The notes beneath the pieces were generated by a model. The model saw only the letters and a list, made by a program, of their open reading frames with translations. It was not told the DNA's origin and ran no database searches. DNA of 64,000 nucleotides from an uncultured virus (IMG/VR IMGVR_UViG_3300037458_000449) (taxonomy: Duplodnaviria > Heunggongvirae > Uroviricota > Caudoviricetes): the IMG/VR virus record IMGVR_UViG_3300037458_000449; one strand, given 5' to 3'. Shown in pieces: positions 47,658 to 55,611 of the stretch (position 1 is the stretch's first letter; every line of letters starts with the position of its first letter). Made by a program: the position numbers and the translations under genes.

Positions 47658-48043
47658 GGTGCGGCGTCCTGCGTGACGGTTGAAGCGGCTCTCTCCTCGA
47701 AAGCCTCTAGCGCCTGCTCCCACGGGCAGTTCATGTTGCTGTGTTCGCCAATCTCGACGCCTAGCAGCGTGGCGATGGCGTCGGCCAGTTTGTCCGCCAT
47801 GCCCTGAGCATGGTCACGCTCACCGATCAACTGGTCCATATCACGCTCAGCCTCGGCCAGCCGCTTCTCTAGTGCAATGTTTGCTTGCGCCTGTGCCTCG
47901 CAGTTGAAACGTGCAATGGCAAGGGCATCATCCGCCTCGGCCAGCCGCGAGCGGAGGGAGCGTTCCTCGCAACGGCACATCCTTGCGCGGTTGTGATCCA
48001 CCGGCATTAGGATCGCTTCGCACTGGTTGTCGTGGTCACTCAT
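47654..48043 (-). CDS. Hypothetical coiled-coil protein
   Basis: Two RLAEA modules; IGEHSNMNCPW motif. Confidence 0.6.
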   Translation of the reverse strand: MSDHDNQCEAILMPVDHNRARMCRCEERSLRSRLAEADDALAIARFNCEAQAQANIALEKRLAEAERDMDQLIGERDHAQGMADKLADAIATLLGVEIGEHSNMNCPWEQALEAFEERAASTVTQDAAP

Positions 48044-48311
48044 GTCCCTGCTCCATTGCTGCGTCGAAATCGGCTCGCGTCGCGGTGCCAGCACGATCCA
48101 TTCGATCTGCCAGCGTGAGATCAAGGCCGCGTAGTTTTGCTGACGCCAATGGGATCGCAGTCAAGGCATCGCGAGCCTCTTGAAATAGCGGGATAATGTC
48201 CGTGAGCCGCCACTTGTAGTATTCCGCGTCCTTGCGCAGCGCCGCGTTCTCAGCGGTCAGGCGGGCAATCTCGGCGTTTTGCTGCTCGATGATGGCGTCA
48301 ATCATGGTCAT
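48036..48311 (-). CDS. Hypothetical protein (LRKDAE module)
   Basis: Coupled ORF MTMIDAIIEQQ... Confidence 0.55.
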   Translation of the reverse strand: MTMIDAIIEQQNAEIARLTAENAALRKDAEYYKWRLTDIIPLFQEARDALTAIPLASAKLRGLDLTLADRMDRAGTATRADFDAAMEQGHE

Positions 48312-48590
48312 TTTCGCCCCTGCTCCCGCGCCGCCGGCCCGTGGCGCAGCTGCTCCTGGGCGCGCAGCATCCGCCGAGCCTGCTCGAGCTCGCTCGGCGT
48401 CCAAGGCCGCAGATGCAGAGGGCCGAGTTCCTTGTTCGGCATGAAGGGGATCGCGGGTTTGGCGGTCATCCTGCGGCTCCGGGTTCGTATTCAAAGTGGT
48501 GGCACCTGGCCGTCGCCAGTTGCTCAAGCGCGAAGCACCAAAGGCCGCCCGTCTCGGCGTGATACCGGGACCAGCGGCAGGCGTGGCAAT

Positions 48591-48863
48591 TCATAGCGCA
48601 CCTTCCTTCACCAACGCGTACTGGGTCCGAATGACGCCCTCGAGGAACGACCGCGCTGTTGCGTCGTCCCGGTGCGAGTCCACATAGGAATGGCAGGCTG
48701 AGCAGGCCCAGGCCGCGCAGACGTCCGGTGCTTTCATGCCCATTCCGCTGACGCCCGCCATTCGGTAGTGCGCCAGCACGGTCGTCTCGGGGTTGAAGTT
48801 GCAAACGCCCGGCAGCCGGATCTGGCAGTCGCGGCCACGGGCGAGCTTGCGGAGCTTCGTCAC
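48591..48863 (-). CDS. DUF1364/YbcO-like putative nuclease
   Basis: ARGRDCQIRLPGVCNFNPETTVLAHYR...WACSACH. Confidence 0.85.
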   Translation of the reverse strand: MTKLRKLARGRDCQIRLPGVCNFNPETTVLAHYRMAGVSGMGMKAPDVCAAWACSACHSYVDSHRDDATARSFLEGVIRTQYALVKEGAL

Positions 48864-49180
48864 AGGTTCACACCCTGCTTCCGCGCCGAGTTTTCCGACC
48901 GGAAGACTTCGATGGTGTAGACGGCGGCCTCGCGCATCGCGCGGATCGTTTCGTATTCCGCGATGGCGTTCTTCATGTCGGTGAGGGCCGCCTGGTAGGC
49001 ATCCGAGGCGTAGGCAGACCGCTCGCGATCGGCGACCGAGCCCTCGTCGGGCATGTTCAGCGCCTTGACGCGCCGCAGGCCTTCCTCGCAGTAACGGGCA
49101 TGGCCGCGGGCCTGCCCGTACTGCTTCGCGGTGTCACGCAGGTACTCGACGGCCGCCTCGGCGCGATCCTCTCCGATCAT
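48860..49180 (-). CDS. Hypothetical protein
   Basis: Coupled ORF, high GC3. Confidence 0.7.
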   Translation of the reverse strand: MIGEDRAEAAVEYLRDTAKQYGQARGHARYCEEGLRRVKALNMPDEGSVADRERSAYASDAYQAALTDMKNAIAEYETIRAMREAAVYTIEVFRSENSARKQGVNL

Positions 49181-50073
49181 GCAGCGCGCTCCGTACCGAA
49201 GGCCTCGCGCAGCCAGCCGATGATCGTGGTGCGCGGCGCCTTGTAGTGCGCCTCGAGGACGTCGAGGATGTCGCGCGCGGTCGGGCGCGCGAGCGGCGCA
49301 ACCGACGAAACTGACGGAACCGGGGTTATGTCGGTTTTGTCTGTTCCGGGGGCGCTCGTCACGACCGCCGCAGCCCGCTGCCGGGCGAGTTCGGCCCGCT
49401 CAGCGTCGAGCTTCCTGCGTTCCTCGGCATCGCGCTTCGCCTGGGCGGCCCGCAACTGCTCAAGCTCGGCCCGCTCAGCGGCGAGCCGCGCCTGCTCAGC
49501 CTCACGCTCCTGCGCGGCCGCATGGAGATCCTGCAGCGTCGTGGCGGTTTCGGTGAGGACGCGGCCGGCCTCGTCCTTGAACTCGGCGAACGAGTCGTCA
49601 ATCGAGACTTGCGCGAGCTCGCTGATGCGCCGGCTGATCTTGTCGGTCGAGAACGCGGCGGCCGTCGTTGCCATGCCGCGGATCTGCTCAATCCGCGCGC
49701 GGATCTTCTCGACGCGCTGCTGCTCGGCGCGGATCTTCGCCTGGCGCTCGGCCTCGCGGCGGGCTTCCTCGGCGGTGATCTGCTGGTCGATGGGCGTCTC
49801 GATCGCGAGCAGCGCGGCCGTGATGCGCTTGGCCTCGTCGTCAATCTGCCGGCCCAGCGCAAGCAGCGGCGCCTTGGCGTCCTTGCGGACCTTCTCGACC
49901 TCGTAGCGCGGCTCGCGGATGGTCCGGCGAGCGAGGCGCGCGGCCTCGATGCCCTCGGTCGTGGTGACGTCGTAGACGACGCCGGCGTACTGCTCCGTCA
50001 ACGCGGCGAGTCCGGCCTCGACGCGATTGAAGTCGGCCAGCGCCCCGGTGATTTTGTCGATGTTCGTGGTCAT
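49177..50073 (-). CDS. Coiled-coil protein of the recombination module
   Basis: VYDVTTTEG..AR..R...EKVRKDAKAP.L..GRQID.EAKRI. Confidence 0.7.
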   Translation of the reverse strand: MTTNIDKITGALADFNRVEAGLAALTEQYAGVVYDVTTTEGIEAARLARRTIREPRYEVEKVRKDAKAPLLALGRQIDDEAKRITAALLAIETPIDQQITAEEARREAERQAKIRAEQQRVEKIRARIEQIRGMATTAAAFSTDKISRRISELAQVSIDDSFAEFKDEAGRVLTETATTLQDLHAAAQEREAEQARLAAERAELEQLRAAQAKRDAEERRKLDAERAELARQRAAAVVTSAPGTDKTDITPVPSVSSVAPLARPTARDILDVLEAHYKAPRTTIIGWLREAFGTERAA

Positions 50074-50696
50074 GCTGCCTCCGTGAACTGAGCGACCAGC
50101 GCATTAACCTCGTCGCTGAAGACTTTGACGCTCGCTCGCAGCAGTGAAATGTATTCCTCGTCTCTTTCAACCCGGATGACGTAGAGCGGCAGCTTCGGCC
50201 AATAGGAGACGTAGTCCACCCACTGCCGGCCGGCAATCATCATCTGCCCTTGAACTTGAGCCTTGTGCTCTGACGGGAGGCCTCCGGTGAGCAGCAACTC
50301 AAGGTGCAGCTCTGGCAGGCGAGTCTTGATTTCAAGCATCCCGTCGTCGCCGATCAGCCCGTCCGGGCTTGCGCCTGCACCAATCTGCGTGTTGCGAATG
50401 AACGCGACCTGCCGAACATCGGCCCCCGTGCGAAACGAGTAGAGATCGCGGGCTTCGGCCTCCAATGCCTTGCCGCGATCCATGTGAGCGTTTGAGTAGG
50501 ATTCGCTCACTTCTTGCGTCAGTCGCTCGGCAACAATCGAAAGCAGGTACTTCCTGCGCGTGACGGACTCACCGCCGCCGCGCCCTTTGGCGAGCACGTC
50601 AGCAAAGCGCGAGGCTGTTGGGCAGCCGCATCGCAACTGTTGCCAATCGGCCGTTCCTTGTTCGACGCCTTCGGTAATTACAATGTGTGATTCCAT
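50070..50696 (-). CDS. YqaJ/lambda-type exonuclease
   Basis: QGTADWQQLRCG..TAS, GASPDGL, LEIK, QVQGQM. Confidence 0.9.
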   Translation of the reverse strand: MESHIVITEGVEQGTADWQQLRCGCPTASRFADVLAKGRGGGESVTRRKYLLSIVAERLTQEVSESYSNAHMDRGKALEAEARDLYSFRTGADVRQVAFIRNTQIGAGASPDGLIGDDGMLEIKTRLPELHLELLLTGGLPSEHKAQVQGQMMIAGRQWVDYVSYWPKLPLYVIRVERDEEYISLLRASVKVFSDEVNALVAQFTEAA

Positions 50697-51193
50697 GTCT
50701 TGCCCTTGAGAATTGAAGAAATGTTTGCTGGCGTGACCCGGAAGTGACGGGCGATGTCTTTGCCCAACACTCCGTTTCTGTTCATGTCGCGAATGCGCTG
50801 CACGTCGCTTGTGGTCAGCTTTGCTAGAAAGTTCCGTTCGCCGCGAGCAGACCGGCCATGGCGAACCTTGTCGGCGTGGTTGGCCTTGCGCGTGTCCCAT
50901 CGCAGATTGCATAGCCGATTGTCGGCCGGATTTCCGTTGTAGTGGCACGCCTCCATCCCTTCAGGGCAGGGGCCAGCGAAGGCCGAGAGCACCAGCCGGT
51001 GAACGAGCATGAACGGACTGCCGCGACCAAGCCGAAGATGAAGGTGCCCGCTCTTCATGGGTTTTGGTGAGAGCACCCGGCCGCGCCACTTGCGACCCGA
51101 GGGCAGCGTTCTCGATAGGCTGCGAACGCGCCCGAGGCTGGATACCTCGTAGGCTCCTTCATGACCTCGGATCGGGCGCCATTCCTCTATCAC
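50678..51193 (-). CDS. NUMOD4-HNH homing endonuclease with C-terminal HTH
   Basis: EEWRPIRGHEGAYEVSSLGRVRS; VHRLV..AF; CHYNGNPADNRLCNLRW. Confidence 0.92.
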   Translation of the reverse strand: MIEEWRPIRGHEGAYEVSSLGRVRSLSRTLPSGRKWRGRVLSPKPMKSGHLHLRLGRGSPFMLVHRLVLSAFAGPCPEGMEACHYNGNPADNRLCNLRWDTRKANHADKVRHGRSARGERNFLAKLTTSDVQRIRDMNRNGVLGKDIARHFRVTPANISSILKGKTWNHTL

Positions 51194-51927
51194 GAACGTG
51201 CCCTCGCGCGAACTTCGCGAACGATCGCGTTATAGTTCTTGGCTGCAATCTGATCGAGTGACGTAACTTTCGCCCACTTCATAAAGCGATCGATGTTTGC
51301 GCCGGTTTCGTCCAGCAGCGCGCGGAGGTCGGCGACCTGGCTTTCGGTGATGACGTCGATCGACGCGCCGCGGCCGTCATCGTCTATGTCCTTGGTCGCG
51401 AGGCCGGTCGCGGCGAGCAGCGTGTATCGCTGCAGGTAGGAAACCGCCGAGCCGATCGCCTGGATCGCGTTCTTGCCGCCGGACTGATCGGCGGATCCCG
51501 TGAGCGTCGTGCGCTCGCTGTGGCCCTGCTCATGCGTCAGGACGCAATGGACCGTGATGCGGTCGTTCTGCTGTTCGACGTCCCAGCGATGACTGATGCC
51601 AACGTCGGCCAGGCCTTTGATCACGGCCGCGCAGACATCCGCGAGGGTCGCGTGCATGTAGTCGGTCGTCCCCTTCTGCGTCGTGAAGTTGACGTGCTTG
51701 CGCTTGAGGATTTCCGGCGGGTTCCGCTTGAACTGCGCCATGGCGGCGACGTAGGCCTTGCGCGCCTCGTTCGCTTCCCATCGTTCCTGCAGCGCCATCA
51801 GCTGCTCGAGCTTGGCGAGGTCGGCGCCCTGGTCGAGCGCGACCTGTAGCATCTGCATGGGCGTAACCGCAGGGCGGTCCTGCACGATGGCGGGCTGCAT
51901 GGGCCGCGCCTCTACTACTGCGTTCAT
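51190..51927 (-). CDS. ERF-family single-strand annealing protein
   Basis: LTHEQGHSE, KNAIQAIGSAVSYLQRYTL..ATGL...DDDG. Confidence 0.88.
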   Translation of the reverse strand: MNAVVEARPMQPAIVQDRPAVTPMQMLQVALDQGADLAKLEQLMALQERWEANEARKAYVAAMAQFKRNPPEILKRKHVNFTTQKGTTDYMHATLADVCAAVIKGLADVGISHRWDVEQQNDRITVHCVLTHEQGHSERTTLTGSADQSGGKNAIQAIGSAVSYLQRYTLLAATGLATKDIDDDGRGASIDVITESQVADLRALLDETGANIDRFMKWAKVTSLDQIAAKNYNAIVREVRARARS

Positions 51928-52136
51928 GTGTTCCCCTCATTGGTGGGCTGGCGGTGCAGCACGGTCTGTCCGTGCTGCGTCGAAATCGTGAGTCCGGTGC
52001 CGCGCAGCGCGTTGACGAGCTCGCCTACGCTCATGTCGCGCAGCATCAGGACGTGGAAGGTCGGGGCCGCGGGCTGGCGACGGCGGGCTGCGCGAGCCTC
52101 GAAGAACGGCGTCGCGTCGATGGTGTTGCTGCTCAC
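51924..52136 (-). CDS. Hypothetical protein
   Basis: GTGA/ATGA coupling at both ends. Confidence 0.5.
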   Translation of the reverse strand: MSSNTIDATPFFEARAARRRQPAAPTFHVLMLRDMSVGELVNALRGTGLTISTQHGQTVLHRQPTNEGNT

Positions 52137-52336
52137 GACTGGATCCCGGCCTGCGTCTTGCGGCCGCGTTCTTCCATGCGGCGGCGGGCGTCCTGCCGAC
52201 GCAGGTCTTTCCATTGATGCTCGGTGAAATCGCCGTAGTCGCTGTCGCCGCGCTTGGCGAACGACAGGAACTCGAGGATGAGATACACGGCTACCAGCCA
52301 GAGGCAGGCGAGCATCAGTCCCGTGGCCCAACTCAT
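52133..52336 (-). CDS. Small membrane protein
   Basis: GAGGAG RBS; hydrophobic N-terminus. Confidence 0.6.
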   Translation of the reverse strand: MSWATGLMLACLWLVAVYLILEFLSFAKRGDSDYGDFTEHQWKDLRRQDARRRMEERGRKTQAGIQS

Positions 52337-52635
52337 GACGTGCGCTCCTCGCTGCAGCAGTTGAGGCAGCGGAAGTTCAGCAGCGCGGCCGACGACACCG
52401 GCACGGACGACGCGAGCGGGACATCCCGGCCGCAACGCTGGCAGGTTGCCGTGTTGTCGTAGACCGGCTTGGCGACGGGCGCCTTGATGATCTCCATGGC
52501 TTCATCAAGGCCGTGCCTACGGCCATGCATCCATGCGATCTCGGCGAGCTTTACCGGGTCAGCGCCAGCGAATTTAGCGAACAGCCGTTCGGCGGCGAGC
52601 CGGGCCGTGTCGATGTCGGAAGATACTGAGGTCAT
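52333..52635 (-). CDS. Hypothetical protein with C-terminal zinc ribbon
   Basis: GGAG RBS; CQRC...CLNC; first gene after the leftward promoter. Confidence 0.6.
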   Translation of the reverse strand: MTSVSSDIDTARLAAERLFAKFAGADPVKLAEIAWMHGRRHGLDEAMEIIKAPVAKPVYDNTATCQRCGRDVPLASSVPVSSAALLNFRCLNCCSEERTS

Positions 52636-52666
52636 CTTGGGGCTCCGTCCTGTGGAAGGAGCGCCC

Positions 52667-52695
52667 AAGGTAATGCCGATTGGCCGTTAGGTCAA
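52667..52695 (-). promoter_or_regulatory. Sigma70-type leftward early promoter (PL-like)
   Basis: TTGACC-N17-TACCTT on the minus strand. Confidence 0.65.
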
Positions 52696-52705
52696 TACCT
52701 TTGAG

Positions 52706-53002
52706 TCAACATTCTGGACAGCCGACAGCCGGGCTGTTCCAAGGTTGAACGGCGAGGATCGAGGCGGCCAGGAGCAGCGCCACCAGCTGCCAGCGCATCG
52801 GCACGCGCGAGCCGCGCCGCGGCAGCAGGTTCCACGCGAGCAGCCCCGGCAGGCATAGCGCGACCGCGGCGAGGAAGAACTGGATGAGGAACTGCGCGAG
52901 CCTCGCGGCCGGCAGGTTCCAGAGCATCACCTGGGCGGCGGCGATCCCGGCGGCCCACCCTGCCCCCCACGTTATGTCGCGGATGGTCAGGGCCGGCGGC
53001 AT
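52706..53002 (-). CDS. Three-TM membrane protein downstream of cI (possible superinfection exclusion)
   Basis: Three hydrophobic segments; starts 2 nt after the cI stop; function inferred from position only. Confidence 0.55.
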   Translation of the reverse strand: MPPALTIRDITWGAGWAAGIAAAQVMLWNLPAARLAQFLIQFFLAAVALCLPGLLAWNLLPRRGSRVPMRWQLVALLLAASILAVQPWNSPAVGCPEC

Positions 53003-53004
53003 CG

Positions 53005-53652
53005 TCAGTATTGCTTGGCCTGGTAGATGACGCGGCCGATGATCTGGCCGTCGCCGAGCTCGACCATGCGCTCGGGATAGTCGTCGTTGATCGCGCGCAG
53101 GTACGTCACGTCGCCGTCGATCACCAGCTGACGCAGGATTGGTACCTTGCGCCCGGCAGGCCTCGCGACGACGAAATCCCCATGTTTTGCAGGGGTTGAA
53201 GCGTCTATGTAGATCAGCCACCCGTCACGGAACTCAGGCTCCATGGCGGGCCCGCGCACAATCGAGGCGCAGGCGGAATCGGGGACTCCCGCGGGTTGCG
53301 GTGCGTAGTCGGTCGCAGCTGTCGAGTTCATTCGTCTTAGTTGTCCGTGGTCGGAATGGACCAGATTTTCGAGCGCGATTATAGGTACACGTCCAGTCGT
53401 AAGGTAAGAATTTTCCGAGGTTTCTAGTGAGTCTCCGTAGCCGTTCAGCCGGTCGAGGTCGCCCCGCTCGAGGCCGAGCGTGACCTCGATCTCGCGCGCC
53501 AGCTTCTCGCCGAGGGCTTTCTTGCCCGTGACGAGGCGGCTGACGTAGTCGGCCTGGCGGCCGATCGCAAGCCCGAACTTGCTTTGCACACCCCCGAACC
53601 TTGAGTCGATCAGGGCCCGTAAGTTCCGTCTCCGGGTATCTGTTGTTTGCAT
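53005..53652 (-). CDS. cI: CI-like repressor: HTH + degenerate S24 domain
   Basis: RRRNLRALI...QADYVSRL..GKKALGEKLAREIE..LGL; VRGPAMEPEF..G..I.ID...GDFVVA...YLRAIN.DYP; divergent from cro. Confidence 0.82.
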   Translation of the reverse strand: MQTTDTRRRNLRALIDSRFGGVQSKFGLAIGRQADYVSRLVTGKKALGEKLAREIEVTLGLERGDLDRLNGYGDSLETSENSYLTTGRVPIIALENLVHSDHGQLRRMNSTAATDYAPQPAGVPDSACASIVRGPAMEPEFRDGWLIYIDASTPAKHGDFVVARPAGRKVPILRQLVIDGDVTYLRAINDDYPERMVELGDGQIIGRVIYQAKQY

Positions 53653-53699
53653 GATGGAAGGGTAGGCCGACTCCGGCAAAAAGAAATGCGCTGCCGGTA

Positions 53700-53727
53700 T
53701 TGACCAACGTTGTCCTCGGGGTAAACT
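53700..53727 (+). promoter_or_regulatory. Sigma70-type rightward promoter (PR-like)
   Basis: TTGACC-N16-TAAACT, 9 nt before the cro ATG. Confidence 0.55.
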
Positions 53728-53736
53728 CTCGGCCCT

Positions 53737-53973
53737 ATGGACAAGCTCAAGGCCCACATCAACAGCATGACCACCCTCGAGCAATTCTTCTTTGCTCATC
53801 GGTGCGGCACCACCATCGGCTACATCAGGAAGCGCATCAGCATCGGCGGGCGCTTCGGCCAGAAGATCGCCGCGGCCATCGACCGCGAGACAGGCGGGAA
53901 GGTCCCGCTCGCCGAGATCGGGCCGATCGAGGATGAGGCCCGACCTCGCAGCAAGCGTCAGCGCGCGGCGTAG
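53737..53973 (+). CDS. cro: Cro/YdaS-like regulator
   Basis: FAHRCGTTIGYIRK...AAAIDRETGGKV. Confidence 0.8.
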   Translation: MDKLKAHINSMTTLEQFFFAHRCGTTIGYIRKRISIGGRFGQKIAAAIDRETGGKVPLAEIGPIEDEARPRSKRQRAA

Positions 53974-53979
53974 TCGCGC

Positions 53980-54183
53980 ATGGCCGACGAAGACCTCATT
54001 GAAGTTCGCGCGAAGATCGAGGCGGAAACCAACCGCGTGCTCGACGCCGTAGCGGTCGCGACCGGGCAGGACAAGAGCGCGATCGTTCGTGAGGTCATGC
54101 GCAAGTGGGGAAGCGACGAGATCCATAGGGCAACCATCGTCCTGCGCGTTGTCTCGCGCAAGGGAAGCGGGGCGGAAACATGA
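53980..54183 (+). CDS. Ribbon-helix-helix-like regulator in the CII position
   Basis: EVRAKI....VLDAVA..TGQDKSAIVREVM. Confidence 0.6.
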   Translation: MADEDLIEVRAKIEAETNRVLDAVAVATGQDKSAIVREVMRKWGSDEIHRATIVLRVVSRKGSGAET

Positions 54184-54389
54184 CGGCGTCCCAGCGGAAG
54201 GCGAGCGGCATGCCGCGGCGCCGCGGACAAGTGTGCGTGGTGTGTGGCTACCCAGCCCCCGAATCCACCGCGCCGCTCTGTGACCAATGCCACGACTGGC
54301 AAGGGGTCGCGGCGTATGCGGACGCGGCGATCCAGTTCAGCAAGAGCCCCGCGCTTGCGCCAGGGCAAACGAAAGGGGGCGAGCAGTAA
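54180..54389 (+). CDS. Hypothetical zinc-finger protein
   Basis: CVVC...CDQC; coupled. Confidence 0.6.
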   Translation: MTASQRKASGMPRRRGQVCVVCGYPAPESTAPLCDQCHDWQGVAAYADAAIQFSKSPALAPGQTKGGEQ

Positions 54390-55279
54390 TGGCGCGCATC
54401 CGCACAATCAAACCTGAGTTCCCGCAGTCGGAAAGCATGGGGCGCGTGAGCCGCGATGCCCGGCTGTTGTTCGTGCTGTTGTGGACCGTCTGCGATGACG
54501 CCGGACGCTCGCGAGGGGACCCGAGACTGCTCAAAGGGCTGCTGTTCCCCTATGACGAGGTCGCGTACAGCGAGATTGAGGCATGGTTGGCAGAGCTCGA
54601 GGCCGAGGGTTGCCTTACGCAGTATGCTCGCGAGGGCTCGCGATACCTCGCGATTCGTAACTGGTTGAGCCACCAGAAGATTGACCGGCCATCAAGGTCG
54701 AGACTTCCAGAGCCACCCGAGACTGTCGCGAAGGCTCGCGAGGATTCGCGAGACAGTCGCGAGGCCTCGTCGGGGGATCTAGGACCTAGGACCGGGACCA
54801 AGGACCATACCGGGACCCTCGCGAGCGGCGCCGAGCCGCCGTCGCCATCGCCGCAAGCGGCGAGCCCGCCCACGAAGCCAGCGCGGACCAAGACCCCGAC
54901 CAAGACCCCATACCCCGATGATCTCGCGTGGGACGACAAGCTGCGGCAGTACGCCACCGAGCGGCTGCCCGATGTTGACGTCGATGCGCTGATCGAATCA
55001 TTCCGCGGCAAGGCGCTCGCGAAGGGCTGGAAGTTCGCGAACTGGCGACAGGCCGCGCAGGAGTACATCCGCAACTGCGCGCCGAACTCGGGACACTTTG
55101 CCGCCGGCCAATACCCGCGCCTGCTCGCCGTCGTCCATGCGGAGTCGCCTGACGCCCCCGCGACGCTGCCGAACGGCGACCCGAATCCGATCGTCGTCGT
55201 GGCCGGCAAGCGAGTGCGCCAGTACATCCTCGGGCCCGGCGGCCAGGTCGGCACGAACCCGGAGGCCGTGCGATGGTGA
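54389..55279 (+). CDS. Phage replication initiator
   Basis: MARIRTIKPEF...ARLLF..LW..CDDAGR...I.NW.SHQKIDRPS. Confidence 0.85.
   Translation: MARIRTIKPEFPQSESMGRVSRDARLLFVLLWTVCDDAGRSRGDPRLLKGLLFPYDEVAYSEIEAWLAELEAEGCLTQYAREGSRYLAIRNWLSHQKIDRPSRSRLPEPPETVAKAREDSRDSREASSGDLGPRTGTKDHTGTLASGAEPPSPSPQAASPPTKPARTKTPTKTPYPDDLAWDDKLRQYATERLPDVDVDALIESFRGKALAKGWKFANWRQAAQEYIRNCAPNSGHFAAGQYPRLLAVVHAESPDAPATLPNGDPNPIVVVAGKRVRQYILGPGGQVGTNPEAVRW
54726..54825. repeat. Iteron-like repeats inside the initiator gene (candidate origin)
   Basis: TCGCGA at 54726, 54736, 54746, 54757, followed by five GGACC. Confidence 0.55.
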
Positions 55280-55611
55280 CATGGGCTGATCTCGCAGAAC
55301 TCCGCGCCCGCGGCCAGCGACCCGCGCTCCCGGTCTACGTCACCAACCGCCCCGTACTGGCGCGGAACATGAGCGACGTCGGCTGCCTGACGATTCTGCA
55401 CAAGTCCGGCGAGCCGATGCCCGTGGAACTGCTGCGCGGGCTCGACGTGCGCCTCGACTTCGACCTCTGCGAAACGGCCGGGCACGTCAAGCGGCTCATG
55501 GATCGCCGTGACGTTCAGGCGGCTTCGCTGCGCGCGTGGTGCCGCTGCGCCAGAGGGTTTACCGCCATCTGCGGCGCATGCGACACAGGGGGCGAGCCAT
55601 GGAACAGCTAA
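55273..55611 (+). CDS. Hypothetical protein
   Basis: GGAGG RBS; coupled. Confidence 0.65.
   Translation: MVTWADLAELRARGQRPALPVYVTNRPVLARNMSDVGCLTILHKSGEPMPVELLRGLDVRLDFDLCETAGHVKRLMDRRDVQAASLRAWCRCARGFTAICGACDTGGEPWNS

Noticed and set aside
53653..54126. 373-aa version of the repressor
   Set aside because: The extension is antisense to cro and the next gene; the HTH begins at MQTTDTRRRNL (53652).
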